From an uncultured Fidelibacterota bacterium (GTDB taxonomy: Bacteria > Fidelibacterota > Marinisomatia > Marinisomatales > UBA1611): DNA of 55,173 nucleotides. The notes under the pieces are model-generated. The model did not search any database. It worked only from the letters and a program-made list of their open reading frames with translations, and was not told where the DNA came from. This document shows positions 18,574 through 30,233 of the stretch, in pieces. Both the position numbers and the translations under genes were made by a program. The DNA lies in assembly GCA_913040915.1 (NCBI GenBank), contig CAJWHW010000011.1, positions 1 to 55,173 on the forward strand. The letters run 5' to 3'. Every line of letters begins with the position of its first letter. The stretch's first letter is position 1.

Positions 18574-19551
18574 ATGGTACTGAAAAAACCCATTGATTCT
18601 CAATTCAGTCAAAGGATAGCCCTACCCTTAGGAGCTTTCAGCCTTGCATTGCTATTATGGATCTTCGTTGTCTCTGGGAACGAGTATGTTATGGCGATAG
18701 ATCTGCCAATAGAGGCTAGGAACTTAAGCGCTCAAAAAGCACATAGAGAAGAAGTACCGCAGTTTGCAAGTGTTAGATTAAGGGGTACCGGCCGTGAATT
18801 ATTTAAAACATTCCTTATTAAAAACTATGTAGGTTTTAAATTGGTTTTAGATCTTGAAGGTATTTCACAAGAATATGAATTTGTACTTAATGATTATTTT
18901 GAGAAATATCCACAAAAGATAGTTATACCTTCTAATTTCAATTTGTCTTTTGTGGAAGTTGTGTACCCTAACCGTATCAAGATAAGTTTAGATGAATACC
19001 AAGTTAAAACAGTACCAGTGTTAGCAAATATAGTTGTTCAACCGTCACCAGGTTATATACAGGTTGGGGAAACAGTAATTTCACCATATAAAATCGATAT
19101 AGCTGGCCCGAAAAAAGAATTAGCTTTAATTAACCACGTTGAAACTTTTTATGATACAATTATTGATATTGCCACATCCCTAGATCGTAATATTAATATA
19201 GAATCATTTGGCCGGCTAATTGATTATTCCGAAGATGCAGTTAATGTGGCAATCAATATTCAGGAAATAGGGGAAAGAATAATTGTAGACATACCTGTAC
19301 AAGTAATTAACATTCCACAAAAAATTAGGGTTTTTCCTTCTCCTCAAACAGTTTCATTAACAGTAGTTGGTGGTGTCCAACGTATTGCAAAGTTGAGTCC
19401 GGATGATATAGATATCATTATCGATTTTAATAATTGGAACCACCAAATCCAGTTTTACGAACCTGAAGTAGTTATTCCAAATGATGTTTTAGAATGGGGA
19501 GATATTTCTCCAAGAAGCTTAGAAATGGGTGTAGCTCGTGAAGTACAATGA
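18574..19551 (+). CDS. YbbR/CdaR-like membrane-anchored protein
   Basis: ALLLWIFV TM anchor; repeated YbbR-type segments (KTVPV...PGY...P..IDIAGP; PQTVSLTVVG). Confidence 0.75.
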   Translation: MVLKKPIDSQFSQRIALPLGAFSLALLLWIFVVSGNEYVMAIDLPIEARNLSAQKAHREEVPQFASVRLRGTGRELFKTFLIKNYVGFKLVLDLEGISQEYEFVLNDYFEKYPQKIVIPSNFNLSFVEVVYPNRIKISLDEYQVKTVPVLANIVVQPSPGYIQVGETVISPYKIDIAGPKKELALINHVETFYDTIIDIATSLDRNINIESFGRLIDYSEDAVNVAINIQEIGERIIVDIPVQVINIPQKIRVFPSPQTVSLTVVGGVQRIAKLSPDDIDIIIDFNNWNHQIQFYEPEVVIPNDVLEWGDISPRSLEMGVAREVQ

Positions 19552-20537
19552 GTATTTTAGGTATTGAAACTTCTTGTGATGAAACTGCAGCCAGCATTTG
19601 CAGAGAAGGTCGTATTCTTTCCAGTGTTGTCAGCTCACAAGTAATCCATTCCAAATTTGGAGGTGTAGTCCCTGAAATTGCATCCCGAGAGCATGAAAAA
19701 CTCCTTAATTATATTGTCCATCAGGCAGTAGAGGAAGCCAAATGTAGATTAGAAAATTTAAAAGCAATTTCAGTTACTGCAGGTCCAGGTTTAGCTGGTA
19801 CATTATTGACTGGAGTCAGTTTTGCCAAAGGATTAGGTATGGCACTTAATATTTCCGTTCTACCAATTAATCATCTCGAAGCTCATATATTTGCAAACTT
19901 TTTGGCTGACCCAACGCTGGAATTTCCATTTGTATGTCTTTTAGTCTCAGGTGGCCATACTCAATTATGGTATGTTCTAAATATGAGTGATTACCGATTA
20001 TTAGGAGAAACTAGAGATGATGCCGCAGGAGAAGCATTTGATAAAGGTGCAAGAATTATGGGTTTAGGTTACCCTGGTGGTCCTGCTATTGAAAAAGAAG
20101 CAAAGGGTGGAAATCCTTTGGCAGTGAGTTTTCCTCTTGGTCTGATGGGCAAAAAATCACTGGAATTTAGTTTCAGTGGTCTAAAAACATCATTGCTTTA
20201 CTTTATGGATAGATTTCAAGAGAGAGAAGACTTATCAATCAAAGATGTAATTGCAAGCTATCAACAGGCAATAATTGATACACTTGTTGAAAAAACAAGA
20301 AGAGCATTGAATAAAACTAATTGTAATACTTGTGTGATTGCAGGTGGTGTGGCGGCAAATAATAGATTGCGGAAAAATTTGCATATTGCATTACCAAATG
20401 CTCGGATTATTTTTCCTGATTTATTGTATTGTACGGATAATGCTGCAATGGTGAGTTACTTAGGTGAACTGAAATTTCAGAAGGGAGAATCATTCTCCCT
20501 GGATTTTGGCATACAACCTAATTTAAAGTTGGTATAA
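19548..20537 (+). CDS. tsaD: tRNA N6-adenosine threonylcarbamoyltransferase TsaD
   Basis: LGIETSCDET, GGVVPEIASREH, NHLEAH, VSGGHT, DDAAGEAFDK, CTDNAAM. Confidence 0.97.
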   Translation: MSILGIETSCDETAASICREGRILSSVVSSQVIHSKFGGVVPEIASREHEKLLNYIVHQAVEEAKCRLENLKAISVTAGPGLAGTLLTGVSFAKGLGMALNISVLPINHLEAHIFANFLADPTLEFPFVCLLVSGGHTQLWYVLNMSDYRLLGETRDDAAGEAFDKGARIMGLGYPGGPAIEKEAKGGNPLAVSFPLGLMGKKSLEFSFSGLKTSLLYFMDRFQEREDLSIKDVIASYQQAIIDTLVEKTRRALNKTNCNTCVIAGGVAANNRLRKNLHIALPNARIIFPDLLYCTDNAAMVSYLGELKFQKGESFSLDFGIQPNLKLV

Positions 20538-20539
20538 AC

Positions 20540-22645
20540 TTGAATTTATCTTTTTCATCTCCTGGTCAGGAATTTTGGCTGATTTTATTATTGTGTATAT
20601 CAGGATTATATTATTCATACTTTAAGGTTAAGAATCATTCAAAGATCCAAATATTACTAATACTGAGAGGATTATTATTCTTTGTTTTAATTATTATGTT
20701 TCTGGATCCAAAACTTGAATTTATTAAAACAACTTATAAAGATATGAATTGGCACCTATATATTGATAGGTCTTTAAGTATGTCTTACCATTCTCAACCT
20801 TCAGTTGGTTCTCTGATATCTGAAATTGATGCAATAATTGAAAGGATAGAAGATAAAAATATACCGTTGAAAATATTTGGGTTTGGAACTGTTTTAGATA
20901 CAAATTGGATATTTGGAAATAAAAACATTCAAGAAGGTTCTACTAATCTTGGTGAAGTACTAGATCATATTCGTTTAAATGAAAATAATGCGCTTGCAGG
21001 CTCTATAATTGTTACAGATGGACAAATTAATTTAGGTCAAGATATTTCGACTCACGATTTAAAGATATCTTCACCAATTCATATAATTGGTGTAGGTAAT
21101 AAAACTCCTATGGTAGATGTAGCTATCAATTCGATTGATACTTCTCCGTACATAATAAAAGGAGAAGATACGGATTTAGATGTTACGATAAGTAGTCACG
21201 GGAAAATAAACCAGCGTGTTAATCTCACTATCTATTCTGACAATAAGTTGGTGGGGTCAAAAGTAGTTACTGTTTTAGGTGGTGGTAGTTTGGAAAAAGT
21301 GCGATTTAGAATTAACCCTCAACAATCAGGATCAGTCAATTACAGAGTACAGGTTAGTACTCTTTCAGATGAAATAAATATTCAGAATAATAAACAAGTT
21401 GTACCAATTCAAGTGTTAAAGAATGAATATGCTGTGGCAATTATTACCGGGGCTCCTAATTTTAATACTAGGATTATGAAAAATATATTAGCAAAACATC
21501 CTGAGTATAAAATTGATCATTTTATTTTAAATAATTCTGGGTATACAAAATCATTAAAACAGTTCTGGGATACAAAATATGACCTGATCATTTTTGACAA
21601 TAATCCAGTTGATGCTAATGAAAAAGAATGGAATTCTTATCTGAAAATTTTTGCAAAAAAATTGATTTCACATCAATCAAGTTTAGCCTTTTTTCCAGGT
21701 GATGATATTCATGAATCCACCACAAAATCATTTTTATCTCTGATGGATTTAAATTTCAACGATCCTTTGATGGATATAGGTTTGTTTTACGATTGGAATA
21801 TCAGTTCACAATGGAATACTTATTTTCCTTTTAATCCAATTAATCAAAGTGATTTTAATATAAATAAATTTCCTCCTCTAAAAATTACATTTGAATTAGA
21901 TTCTGCTAATGTAGCAACTTTAGCATATTATTCAATTTCTGAAGTTAATATCCCTTTATTGGTCCTAGGCGAAAAAACACCAATACGATTCATGGTTTGG
22001 GCTTCTTCCGATTTAAACAATATTTATTATAAAACTACAAACACAGAAATATCAGAATTAGTACAACTTTTAATTGATCCGGTTTTTTCATGGTTAATGA
22101 GGACCGGTAATGGTCAGGATTTTTATTTCAGATCAGATAAAAATTCTTATCAGCAGGGAGAACAGGTTACTATCACGGGAAAACCCATCCAAGATAATAA
22201 AATTTTGGCTGAAGGGTTTATTCATATCTATAGTGATGGCTCCAAAATCAATTCAAAACCTATAAAATATGATAAGAATACAGGTTTATATAATGGCCAA
22301 TTTTGGGCATCCCAATCTGGAGAACTAGAATATGATGTTGAATTCACTCAAGATAACCAGCAAGTAACTGTAAGTAAAGGATCAATCCAGGTTCAAGAAA
22401 GCCAATTAGAACTCAATCATGTATATTTGAATAAGAATCTATTGAAAAGAATAGCAGATTTAAGTGACGGAACGTTTAGAACTTGGGATGATCGAAATTC
22501 AATAATTACCCAAATAAATAATGAAACTAAAATCGAAAATGCATATTCAAGAGTTAAATTAAATTTTAATCGATTTATGATTTTATTCCTAATTGTTATC
22601 TTAACTTCGGAATGGTTGCTAAGAAGAAAAATGGGTTTGATGTGA
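20540..22645 (+). CDS. Membrane protein with vWA, Ig-like and GATase-like domains
   Basis: Two N-terminal TMs, MIDAS DRSLS...STNL...TDG, C-terminal TM with EWLLRRKMGL. Confidence 0.7.
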   Translation: MNLSFSSPGQEFWLILLLCISGLYYSYFKVKNHSKIQILLILRGLLFFVLIIMFLDPKLEFIKTTYKDMNWHLYIDRSLSMSYHSQPSVGSLISEIDAIIERIEDKNIPLKIFGFGTVLDTNWIFGNKNIQEGSTNLGEVLDHIRLNENNALAGSIIVTDGQINLGQDISTHDLKISSPIHIIGVGNKTPMVDVAINSIDTSPYIIKGEDTDLDVTISSHGKINQRVNLTIYSDNKLVGSKVVTVLGGGSLEKVRFRINPQQSGSVNYRVQVSTLSDEINIQNNKQVVPIQVLKNEYAVAIITGAPNFNTRIMKNILAKHPEYKIDHFILNNSGYTKSLKQFWDTKYDLIIFDNNPVDANEKEWNSYLKIFAKKLISHQSSLAFFPGDDIHESTTKSFLSLMDLNFNDPLMDIGLFYDWNISSQWNTYFPFNPINQSDFNINKFPPLKITFELDSANVATLAYYSISEVNIPLLVLGEKTPIRFMVWASSDLNNIYYKTTNTEISELVQLLIDPVFSWLMRTGNGQDFYFRSDKNSYQQGEQVTITGKPIQDNKILAEGFIHIYSDGSKINSKPIKYDKNTGLYNGQFWASQSGELEYDVEFTQDNQQVTVSKGSIQVQESQLELNHVYLNKNLLKRIADLSDGTFRTWDDRNSIITQINNETKIENAYSRVKLNFNRFMILFLIVILTSEWLLRRKMGLM

Positions 22646-22701
22646 TTATTTAGGTAGGAATTAGTGGCTCGTAGTTTAAAAATAATATTCAAGGAAATAG
22701 A

Positions 22702-24024
22702 TTGCTAATAATATCTGTAATTGGAACTGGTTATGTAGGACTTGTAAGTGGTGCAGGTATATCAGATTTTGGTCATAGAGTTATTTGTGCTGATATTTCT
22801 GAATCTAAAATAAAATCTTTAATAGAGGGTGAAATACCTATTTATGAGCCAGGATTAGATGATTTGGTAAAAAGAAATGTAAATGCTGGTAGATTATCTT
22901 TTTCAACAAATATTGATACAGCTATTCATCAGGCTGATGTAGTTTTTATTGCTGTGGGTACTCCACAGGGAAAGAGCGGTAATGCAGATATATCTGCAGT
23001 TGAATCTGTAGCAAGGACAATTAGTAAAAACATTAATGGATATAAAGTGATATGTACAAAAAGCACTGTACCAATTGGTACCGGGCAGCGGATAAAGGAA
23101 TTGATTAGTGAAAATATCCCAGATGGAGGAGAATTTGATTACGTCTCAAACCCTGAATTTTTAAGAGAAGGATCTGCCGTCAAAGATTTTCTATGGCCGG
23201 ATCGTGTTGTTATCGGAGCTACAAGTGATAGAGCTTTTAAAATTATGCGGGAAGTCTATCGTCCACTTTATGTAAATGAAAAACCCATGCTTCATACCAA
23301 CATAGCCACAGCAGAAATGATAAAATATGCATCAAATGCGTTCCTTGCATTAAAAATTAGTTACATTAATGAGATAGCAAATTTGTGTGAAGCTAGCGGC
23401 GCAGATGTTCATCAAGTTGCAAAAGCTATGGGTCAAGATGGGCGCATAAGTGCAAAATTTTTGCACCCTGGTCCTGGGTTTGGTGGTTCATGTTTCCCAA
23501 AGGATATAAATGCGCTAGCAGCATTTGCCAATAAAAAAGAATTGCCCATAAAAACTATTGAAGCTGCAATTGAAACAAATGAAATTCAAAAATCAAGAAT
23601 GGTTTCAAAATTGAAAAAAATGATGAACGATGATTTTAGTGGTAAAACAGTTGCAATCCTGGGTCTGGCATTTAAACCAAATACAGATGATGTTCGTGAA
23701 TCTTCCTCTATCCAAATGATTCGTGAAATACAAGAAGGTGGAGGTAGTATCCGTGCTTTCGATCCCATTGCGAATGATTCTATGAAAGAGATTATTCCTG
23801 ATATAAAGTATGTTGATTCATGGGAAGAAGCTTGCAAGGATGCAGACTCTGCTACAATAATGACCGAATGGAATGAGTTTCGTGGTATGGATCTAGATCG
23901 GTTAAAAACTCTTTTGTCTAATCCAATTGTTCTAGATACGAGAAATATTTTAAGCATTGAAAAATTAACCAAACTTGGGTTTACTTTTGATAATGTAGGA
24001 CGAAAAATAGTACATGAAAATTGA
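22702..24024 (+). CDS. ugd: UDP-glucose 6-dehydrogenase
   Basis: GTGYVG, KSTVPIGT, SNPEFLREG, KYASNAFLA, GFGGSCFPKD, GLAFKPNTDDVRES. Confidence 0.95.
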   Translation: MLIISVIGTGYVGLVSGAGISDFGHRVICADISESKIKSLIEGEIPIYEPGLDDLVKRNVNAGRLSFSTNIDTAIHQADVVFIAVGTPQGKSGNADISAVESVARTISKNINGYKVICTKSTVPIGTGQRIKELISENIPDGGEFDYVSNPEFLREGSAVKDFLWPDRVVIGATSDRAFKIMREVYRPLYVNEKPMLHTNIATAEMIKYASNAFLALKISYINEIANLCEASGADVHQVAKAMGQDGRISAKFLHPGPGFGGSCFPKDINALAAFANKKELPIKTIEAAIETNEIQKSRMVSKLKKMMNDDFSGKTVAILGLAFKPNTDDVRESSSIQMIREIQEGGGSIRAFDPIANDSMKEIIPDIKYVDSWEEACKDADSATIMTEWNEFRGMDLDRLKTLLSNPIVLDTRNILSIEKLTKLGFTFDNVGRKIVHEN

Positions 24025-24559
24025 GGGCACTTCTCTTCTAGATCTAAAATTGATTTCACCAGATATTTATGATGATGAAAGAGGCTATTTTTTTGAATCA
24101 TATAAAACACCTTTATTCAAAGAATATGGTTTACCTTACGATTTTCCACAGGATAATGAAGTAAAATCAAAAAAAGGTGTTTTGAGAGGGCTTCATTATC
24201 AGTTGTTAAATCCACAAGGTAAATTAATTCGAGTTGTTTCAGGTGCCATTTTCGATGTTGCAGTTGATGTCAGAAAAGGTTCTCCGAACTTTGGACGTTT
24301 TGAAAGTAAAATTTTAACTTCAGAGAATAAAAAAATGCTCTATGTACCTGAAGGATTTGCTCATGGCTATTTAGTTCTATCGGATGAAGCAATTGTTACC
24401 TACAAATGTACAGATATTTACTATCCTGATGATCAACATGGCATTCTTTGGAATGATCCGGATATAGGAATTGATTGGAACAATGACAATCCTATTTTAT
24501 CTCAAAAAGATCAGATGCTTCCTATATTGAGCAAACAAACTTATTTACCAGAGTTTTGA
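24014..24559 (+). CDS. rmlC: dTDP-4-dehydrorhamnose 3,5-epimerase
   Basis: [33 protein letters not shown]. Confidence 0.95.
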   Translation: MKIEGTSLLDLKLISPDIYDDERGYFFESYKTPLFKEYGLPYDFPQDNEVKSKKGVLRGLHYQLLNPQGKLIRVVSGAIFDVAVDVRKGSPNFGRFESKILTSENKKMLYVPEGFAHGYLVLSDEAIVTYKCTDIYYPDDQHGILWNDPDIGIDWNNDNPILSQKDQMLPILSKQTYLPEF

Positions 24560-24560
24560 T

Positions 24561-25607
24561 ATGAAAACTTATCTCGTTACAGGTGGGTCTGGATTTATTG
24601 GTTCTAATTTTATTCGTTTCATTTTGGAACAGAATGAAACTTTCCGGCTTATTAATCTTGATAAATTAACATACGCAGGAAACCCAAATAATTTAGATGA
24701 TTTAACTAAAGAGTATTATACATTCAAAAAAGGTGACATATGTGATGAAGTTTTAGTTAAATCACTCTTTGATGAATACCAATTTGATGCTGTGATTCAC
24801 TTTGCTGCAGAAAGCCATGTAGATCGATCCATTGATGGGCCAGCAAAGTTTATTCAAACAAATATTGTTGGCACTCTGAATCTATTAGAATGTGCAAGAA
24901 GTTATTACAATAAAGGTAAAAAAAAGGATTTCAGATTTTTACATGTTTCCACTGACGAAGTTTACGGATCTTTAGGCAATGATGGAAAATTTCTAGAAAC
25001 TACGCCGTATGATCCAAGTTCTCCATATTCTGCATCGAAAGCGGGATCGGATCATTTAGTTCGCGCATGGAATAGAACTTTTGGACTGCCCACTCTTATT
25101 ACGAATTGTTCTAATAATTATGGTCCTTATCAATTTCCAGAAAAATTAATTCCTTTGATTATTATTAATTGTATGCATGAAAAGCCACTACCAATTTACG
25201 GAAAGGGTGAAAACATAAGAGATTGGCTTTTTGTCAGAGACCATTGCGAAGCAATTTATACTGTTTTGAATAAGGGCGCTGTAGGGGAAACATACAATAT
25301 TAGTGGGAATAATGAGATTAGAAATATTGATGTGGTAAAAACAATATGTACTCAACTAGATGAAATACATCCTTCACCTTTTGGAAAATCTTATTTAGAT
25401 CTCATTACATATGTTACAGATCGTCCGGGTCATGATTTTAGGTACGCAATTGATGCAACTAAAATTCAAACAAAATTAGGATGGTCGCCAAAAGAATCGT
25501 TTGAATCAGGTATTAAGAAAACAATTAATTGGTACTTAGATAATCCTAATTGGTGGACTGAAATACAAAATAAAATATATCAACAGCAAAGACTAGGAGT
25601 TCTTTAG
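24561..25607 (+). CDS. rmlB: dTDP-glucose 4,6-dehydratase
   Basis: [47 protein letters not shown]. Confidence 0.97.
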   Translation: MKTYLVTGGSGFIGSNFIRFILEQNETFRLINLDKLTYAGNPNNLDDLTKEYYTFKKGDICDEVLVKSLFDEYQFDAVIHFAAESHVDRSIDGPAKFIQTNIVGTLNLLECARSYYNKGKKKDFRFLHVSTDEVYGSLGNDGKFLETTPYDPSSPYSASKAGSDHLVRAWNRTFGLPTLITNCSNNYGPYQFPEKLIPLIIINCMHEKPLPIYGKGENIRDWLFVRDHCEAIYTVLNKGAVGETYNISGNNEIRNIDVVKTICTQLDEIHPSPFGKSYLDLITYVTDRPGHDFRYAIDATKIQTKLGWSPKESFESGIKKTINWYLDNPNWWTEIQNKIYQQQRLGVL

Positions 25608-25609
25608 GA

Positions 25610-26479
25610 ATGAAAGGCATTATTTTAGCAGGAGGTAGTGGCACTAGACTTTTTCCAGCTACAAGAGTAGTTTCAAAACAATTACTACCAATTTATGATA
25701 AACCTATGGTTTATTATCCATTATCGACACTTATGTTAGCAGGGATAAGGGATATTTTAATCATTTCAACTCCGGAAGATACACCTCGTTTCGAACAGTT
25801 ATTCAGTAATGGAAATCAATTTGGATTAAACTTATCTTATAAAGTACAGCCATCCCCTGATGGGCTTGCACAGGCATTGGTTTTAGGTGAAGAATTTATT
25901 GGTCAAGATTCTGTCAGTTTAATTTTAGGTGATAATATATTTTTTGGTCATGGATTAGTAGAGCTACTGACAAAATGTGTACAAGTTGTAAAAGAAAATG
26001 ATAATGCTGTGGTATTTGGATATGAGGTTAGAGATCCACAACGTTATGGTGTTGTGGGATTTAATGAATCTGGCATTGTAACAAGCATCCAAGAAAAACC
26101 AGAAAAACCTGCTTCCAATTTTGCTGTAGTAGGTTTATACTTTTATCCAAATGATGTTATTGATGTATCAAAAAGTGTTAAACCTTCTCCTCGTGGTGAG
26201 TTAGAAATTACTTCAGTAAATCAAAATTATTTAAGTCAAAATCGATTAAGAGTAGAATTGATGGGACGAGGATATGCATGGCTAGATACTGGAACACAAG
26301 AGGCTATGAATAATGCTTCAAACTTTATAAAGGCAATTGAGGATCGGCAAGGGTTAAAAGTAGCATGTTTAGAAGAGATAGCTTTTAGTCAAGGGTTTAT
26401 TGATCGTAATAAACTAGAAAAATTAGCAAACAGTTACAAAAATGATTATGGTAACTATTTGAAAAGAATATTGCTCTAA
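25610..26479 (+). CDS. rmlA: Glucose-1-phosphate thymidylyltransferase
   Basis: [40 protein letters not shown]. Confidence 0.97.
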   Translation: MKGIILAGGSGTRLFPATRVVSKQLLPIYDKPMVYYPLSTLMLAGIRDILIISTPEDTPRFEQLFSNGNQFGLNLSYKVQPSPDGLAQALVLGEEFIGQDSVSLILGDNIFFGHGLVELLTKCVQVVKENDNAVVFGYEVRDPQRYGVVGFNESGIVTSIQEKPEKPASNFAVVGLYFYPNDVIDVSKSVKPSPRGELEITSVNQNYLSQNRLRVELMGRGYAWLDTGTQEAMNNASNFIKAIEDRQGLKVACLEEIAFSQGFIDRNKLEKLANSYKNDYGNYLKRILL

Positions 26480-27831
26480 TTAAATGAGATGGGTGTGATA
26501 GCTTTTACGCTTATCAGTATTGAAAATTTAGAAATATCTTTACCAGATATGGTTGATTGTAAGGGATCAAAACCCGCATTTTTCCAATCTATCCATTCTC
26601 CACCAATTTTTAATAATATTTTATCATTTAGAAATCCTTTTGTACAGACTATTGAAGCGACAAACCTTGATTCTAAGGTATTTGAGAATCTGTCATAATA
26701 AATATTTTGATATTGACCTTCGAGCATTTGGTCAGTTAATTCACCACGTTTTACTTTAGAAATATAGGAATAAATATTATATCCTTTTATTGGTAATAAA
26801 TAGGATAGATAGGATTCTTCAGCATGTGGACCAGCCCAAAATCCTAAAGAATATTGAAAAGAATAAGAATCATTAATTCTGAATCTGTGTCTATAAATTC
26901 GATGATCTGTCCAGGTGTATTCAAATCTTAATCTATCATTAGCTGTAAAGATACTATTTCCGATTCCTCCTATTTGCCATCCAAACCAATTTCTATTATT
27001 TTTATTAAAAGTCCATTCAGGTCGCCATTCATCTATAAACAATGAACCAAAAACTTTCCAGTTTTCATTCAAATTCCAATTAATTTCACCACACATTTGA
27101 ACGTTATCTAAATCACCAGTGTAATGTTGCATAGACCAAAATGGAACGAATGGTAACAGATAATGAATATCAATTCCACGATTTCCAAAAATGACCGATT
27201 CCATTGCTTTAAATGATATTGATTCAATTGGCTTCCATACTAATCTATGAGCCACAATTGAACGGGTATAATAGTTGTTTCTTGAACCGATATTTTTATA
27301 TAATGCAGATTTAGTTGAATCAATAATATTACTTGTTAAAGATCCGACCAAATAATCTAAAGTAAGTTCAGAAGTAAGATCCCATGTGAATCCCATATGA
27401 GGAAAACTCGGTATATTTTTTGAAAGGAAAAGCGATGATTTTCCTGAACCCCAAATTGTATTGAATTTCCCAAAAAATATTGAAAATGAATCTTTTGAAT
27501 ATTCAATTTTTAGGTCTGATGATTCAAACCACGAAATATCGCTATCTATATATTTCCGATGCATTTCAATATTTAAATCAGGATTGAAGTAGACAGATCT
27601 TTTATTTAGATTTTGAGCAGTTGAAAATTGAAACAGCCCAGAAACTAATAAATTACCTTCTGATTTTTTTGCGCCTAGGCCCAAAGTTGTAATAGTTGAA
27701 AGTCCAGATTGGGACATATGGTTTATCGATCCAGAAGAAAAATAATTTGATGAAACTTGGGGGAAAAATATTAGCGGAGTCTCATTACCAAAACACAAAC
27801 ATATGTTTATAATAAAAAGAAGTTTTTTCAT
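26476..27831 (-). CDS. Capsule assembly Wzi-like outer-membrane protein
   Basis: Signal peptide from MKKLLF (27831); WGSG..SLFLS, AHRL, ESVIFG, DN, FIDE, LGFWAGP pattern of Wzi-family barrels; last gene of the capsule locus. Confidence 0.65.
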   Translation of the reverse strand: MKKLLFIINICLCFGNETPLIFFPQVSSNYFSSGSINHMSQSGLSTITTLGLGAKKSEGNLLVSGLFQFSTAQNLNKRSVYFNPDLNIEMHRKYIDSDISWFESSDLKIEYSKDSFSIFFGKFNTIWGSGKSSLFLSKNIPSFPHMGFTWDLTSELTLDYLVGSLTSNIIDSTKSALYKNIGSRNNYYTRSIVAHRLVWKPIESISFKAMESVIFGNRGIDIHYLLPFVPFWSMQHYTGDLDNVQMCGEINWNLNENWKVFGSLFIDEWRPEWTFNKNNRNWFGWQIGGIGNSIFTANDRLRFEYTWTDHRIYRHRFRINDSYSFQYSLGFWAGPHAEESYLSYLLPIKGYNIYSYISKVKRGELTDQMLEGQYQNIYYDRFSNTLESRFVASIVCTKGFLNDKILLKIGGEWIDWKNAGFDPLQSTISGKDISKFSILISVKAITPISFN

Positions 27832-27835
27832 TGAT

Positions 27836-29218
27836 TTAATGAGTAAATGATCTGAATACAAATACGATAGTCAAGATCAATATAAGTATATCTAGGCTAA
27901 AATCACGATGCTCTATATAAAGTAAATCATATTCTGGATTATCATGAATTTCTGCATTTCTTGCAGGACTGACTTGCCATAAACCCGTAATACCAGGAAT
28001 TACAGCAAGGCGCTTTTTCTCATATGTTTCATAGCTATCTACGATAAAAGGCATTTCTGGTCTGGGGCCTACTAAACTCATTTCCCCTTTGATAACATTT
28101 ATTAACTGAGGGATTTCATCAAGACTCAATTTTCGTAACCATCTACCAATAGATGTCACACGCGGATCGTTCCTATCTCTAGGGCAAGGAGCATATTTCT
28201 TAGAGTCCGTTCTCATAGTTCTAAATTTATAGATTTGAAATGGTATTCCATTCAAACCGATTCTGGTTTGTTTGAAAAATATAGGACCCCAGTCATTAAT
28301 TTTAATAAAAATACTAATCAATATCCAAAGCGGTGAAATTAAAACTATACCAATCAGTGCTATAAAAAAATCAAAAACACGTTTAAATAGATCATAAAAT
28401 GGTTTAGAGTCTAAAGTTAGTCTAGTAGTTGATAGAAGAGGAAGTCCAGCAATATCTTTTAATTTATATGGGTTTTTATCGAATAATTTCTGGGTTGGAT
28501 GAAAACTCATGGCAATATGATGACGGTCTGTTATATCTTTAAGAGATATATTTATTTTTCTTTTAGGTTCTTTGATTGCAACAATAATATGATCGATATT
28601 ATGTTTCTGAATAATTGACTCCACATCCTTTAAACCTCCTAATACTGGTTTAGGGTTGCCAACCGAATCTCCAACAGGTACTCTATCATCTACAAAACCT
28701 ATAATTTTTAATGGTGCTGAGCTCAACTTATCTACAGCTGCAACAAAGGCTTTTCCAACTTTACCTGCACCATAAACCAATACATTTTCCTGATTTAAAT
28801 GATGAAATAATTTTGCTTCTATCAACTGGACAAAAATCCTAGAAAAAATGACTACTATTGGTATGGTAATAATAAATGTGACGGAAATAATTCTTGGGAT
28901 TTGATATTTAATTATATAGGCTAAGAGAATGTATATAACAACAGTTTGGAGTACGCCCTTAATAACGCCCTTAAGACGCCTAATTCCAGCAAAATCACGT
29001 TTTTTATGGTAGGCACCATTATTATACAAAACGTAAAGGAAGAGAAGATAAGCTAAAAATACTTCAATAGTGGATACATCAAATACACTACGAGCAAAGC
29101 CAATGAGGCCTGTATTATAAAGCATAATACAAAAAGTGAAAACACTCCAAAATGAAAGACTATCTGCTAGGATAGTAAGAATCCAATTAACGGTCTTTGA
29201 TTTGATAGCTTTACTCAT
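27836..29218 (-). CDS. Priming polyprenyl-phosphate glycosylphosphotransferase (WcaJ/WbaP-type)
   Basis: N-terminal TMs, Rossmann-like GAGKVG domain, KRVFD, KFRTM, LDEIPQLINVIKGEMSLVGPRP, PGITGLWQV. Confidence 0.93.
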   Translation of the reverse strand: MSKAIKSKTVNWILTILADSLSFWSVFTFCIMLYNTGLIGFARSVFDVSTIEVFLAYLLFLYVLYNNGAYHKKRDFAGIRRLKGVIKGVLQTVVIYILLAYIIKYQIPRIISVTFIITIPIVVIFSRIFVQLIEAKLFHHLNQENVLVYGAGKVGKAFVAAVDKLSSAPLKIIGFVDDRVPVGDSVGNPKPVLGGLKDVESIIQKHNIDHIIVAIKEPKRKINISLKDITDRHHIAMSFHPTQKLFDKNPYKLKDIAGLPLLSTTRLTLDSKPFYDLFKRVFDFFIALIGIVLISPLWILISIFIKINDWGPIFFKQTRIGLNGIPFQIYKFRTMRTDSKKYAPCPRDRNDPRVTSIGRWLRKLSLDEIPQLINVIKGEMSLVGPRPEMPFIVDSYETYEKKRLAVIPGITGLWQVSPARNAEIHDNPEYDLLYIEHRDFSLDILILILTIVFVFRSFTH

Positions 29219-29271
29219 AAATAATATATGAAGACTGTGAATTCCAAATTTATAGTACTTGGAATATTACT

Positions 29272-30225
29272 TCAAGAATTGACTTTTTTTGATAATAATT
29301 GGTCAAAATATGAGATTGTTTTTTCTAATCCATCTTTTAATTGGGTTTTCGGTTCCCAATCAAGAGTTGACTTTGCCAATGAAATATCTGGTTGTCTTTG
29401 TTTTGGATCATCTTCTGGTAAAGGTTTAAAAATAATTTGGGATGTGGAGTTAGTTAATCCTATGATCTTTTCTGCAATCTCTAAGATTGAATATTCATCG
29501 GGGTTACCAAGATTCAACGGTCCTGTAAATCCTTTTTTTGTTTTCATAAGAGTGATAATTGCTCGAACCAAATCATCAACATAACAAAAGGATCGGGTTT
29601 GATCTCCTTGCCCGTAAACAGTGATTTTAGAGCCCTTCAATGCTTGAACAATAAAGTTTGAAATAACTCGTCCATCATCTGGTCGCATTTTAGGACCATA
29701 GGTATTAAAGATTCTTGCAACTTTTATATCCAAATTATGCTGCCGATAATAATCGAAAAATAAGGTTTCTGCACATCTCTTTCCCTCATCATAGCAGCTT
29801 CTTGGACCAATGGGGTTAACATTCCCCCAATAGGTTTCTTTTTGGGGATGTTGGTTTGGATCGCCATAAACTTCACTGGTAGAAGCTTGAAAAATTCGGG
29901 CTTTAACACGTTTTGCAAGTCCCAACATGTTTATAGCGCCATGAACACTAGTTTTTGTTGTCTGCACAGGATCATACTGATAGTGAATAGGAGATGCAGG
30001 ACATGCCATATTGTAAATTTGATCAACTTCAACAAAAAGTGGGAAGGTTATATCATGACGCATAAATTCAAACGATGCATTATTAAGTATGCTTGCAATA
30101 TTGTCTCTTTGGCCTGTATACAAGTTATCGACGCATAAAACTTCTTTTCCATTTTTTAATAATTTTTCACAAAGATGAGAGCCGATAAAACCTGCACCAC
30201 CAGTTATTAATATTTTTTGCTTCAT
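29272..30225 (-). CDS. uxs: UDP-glucuronate decarboxylase (UDP-xylose synthase)
   Basis: [58 protein letters not shown]. Confidence 0.93.
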   Translation of the reverse strand: MKQKILITGGAGFIGSHLCEKLLKNGKEVLCVDNLYTGQRDNIASILNNASFEFMRHDITFPLFVEVDQIYNMACPASPIHYQYDPVQTTKTSVHGAINMLGLAKRVKARIFQASTSEVYGDPNQHPQKETYWGNVNPIGPRSCYDEGKRCAETLFFDYYRQHNLDIKVARIFNTYGPKMRPDDGRVISNFIVQALKGSKITVYGQGDQTRSFCYVDDLVRAIITLMKTKKGFTGPLNLGNPDEYSILEIAEKIIGLTNSTSQIIFKPLPEDDPKQRQPDISLAKSTLDWEPKTQLKDGLEKTISYFDQLLSKKVNS

Positions 30226-30233
30226 GAATAATT

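Noticed and set aside
23586..24110. 174-aa antisense ORF over ugd/rmlC, and the many other 60-120 aa antisense or alternate-frame ORFs (e.g. 29228-29584, 44271-44612, 42970-43290)
   Set aside because: They overlap well-supported genes and show no recognisable motifs; their composition is typical of shadow ORFs
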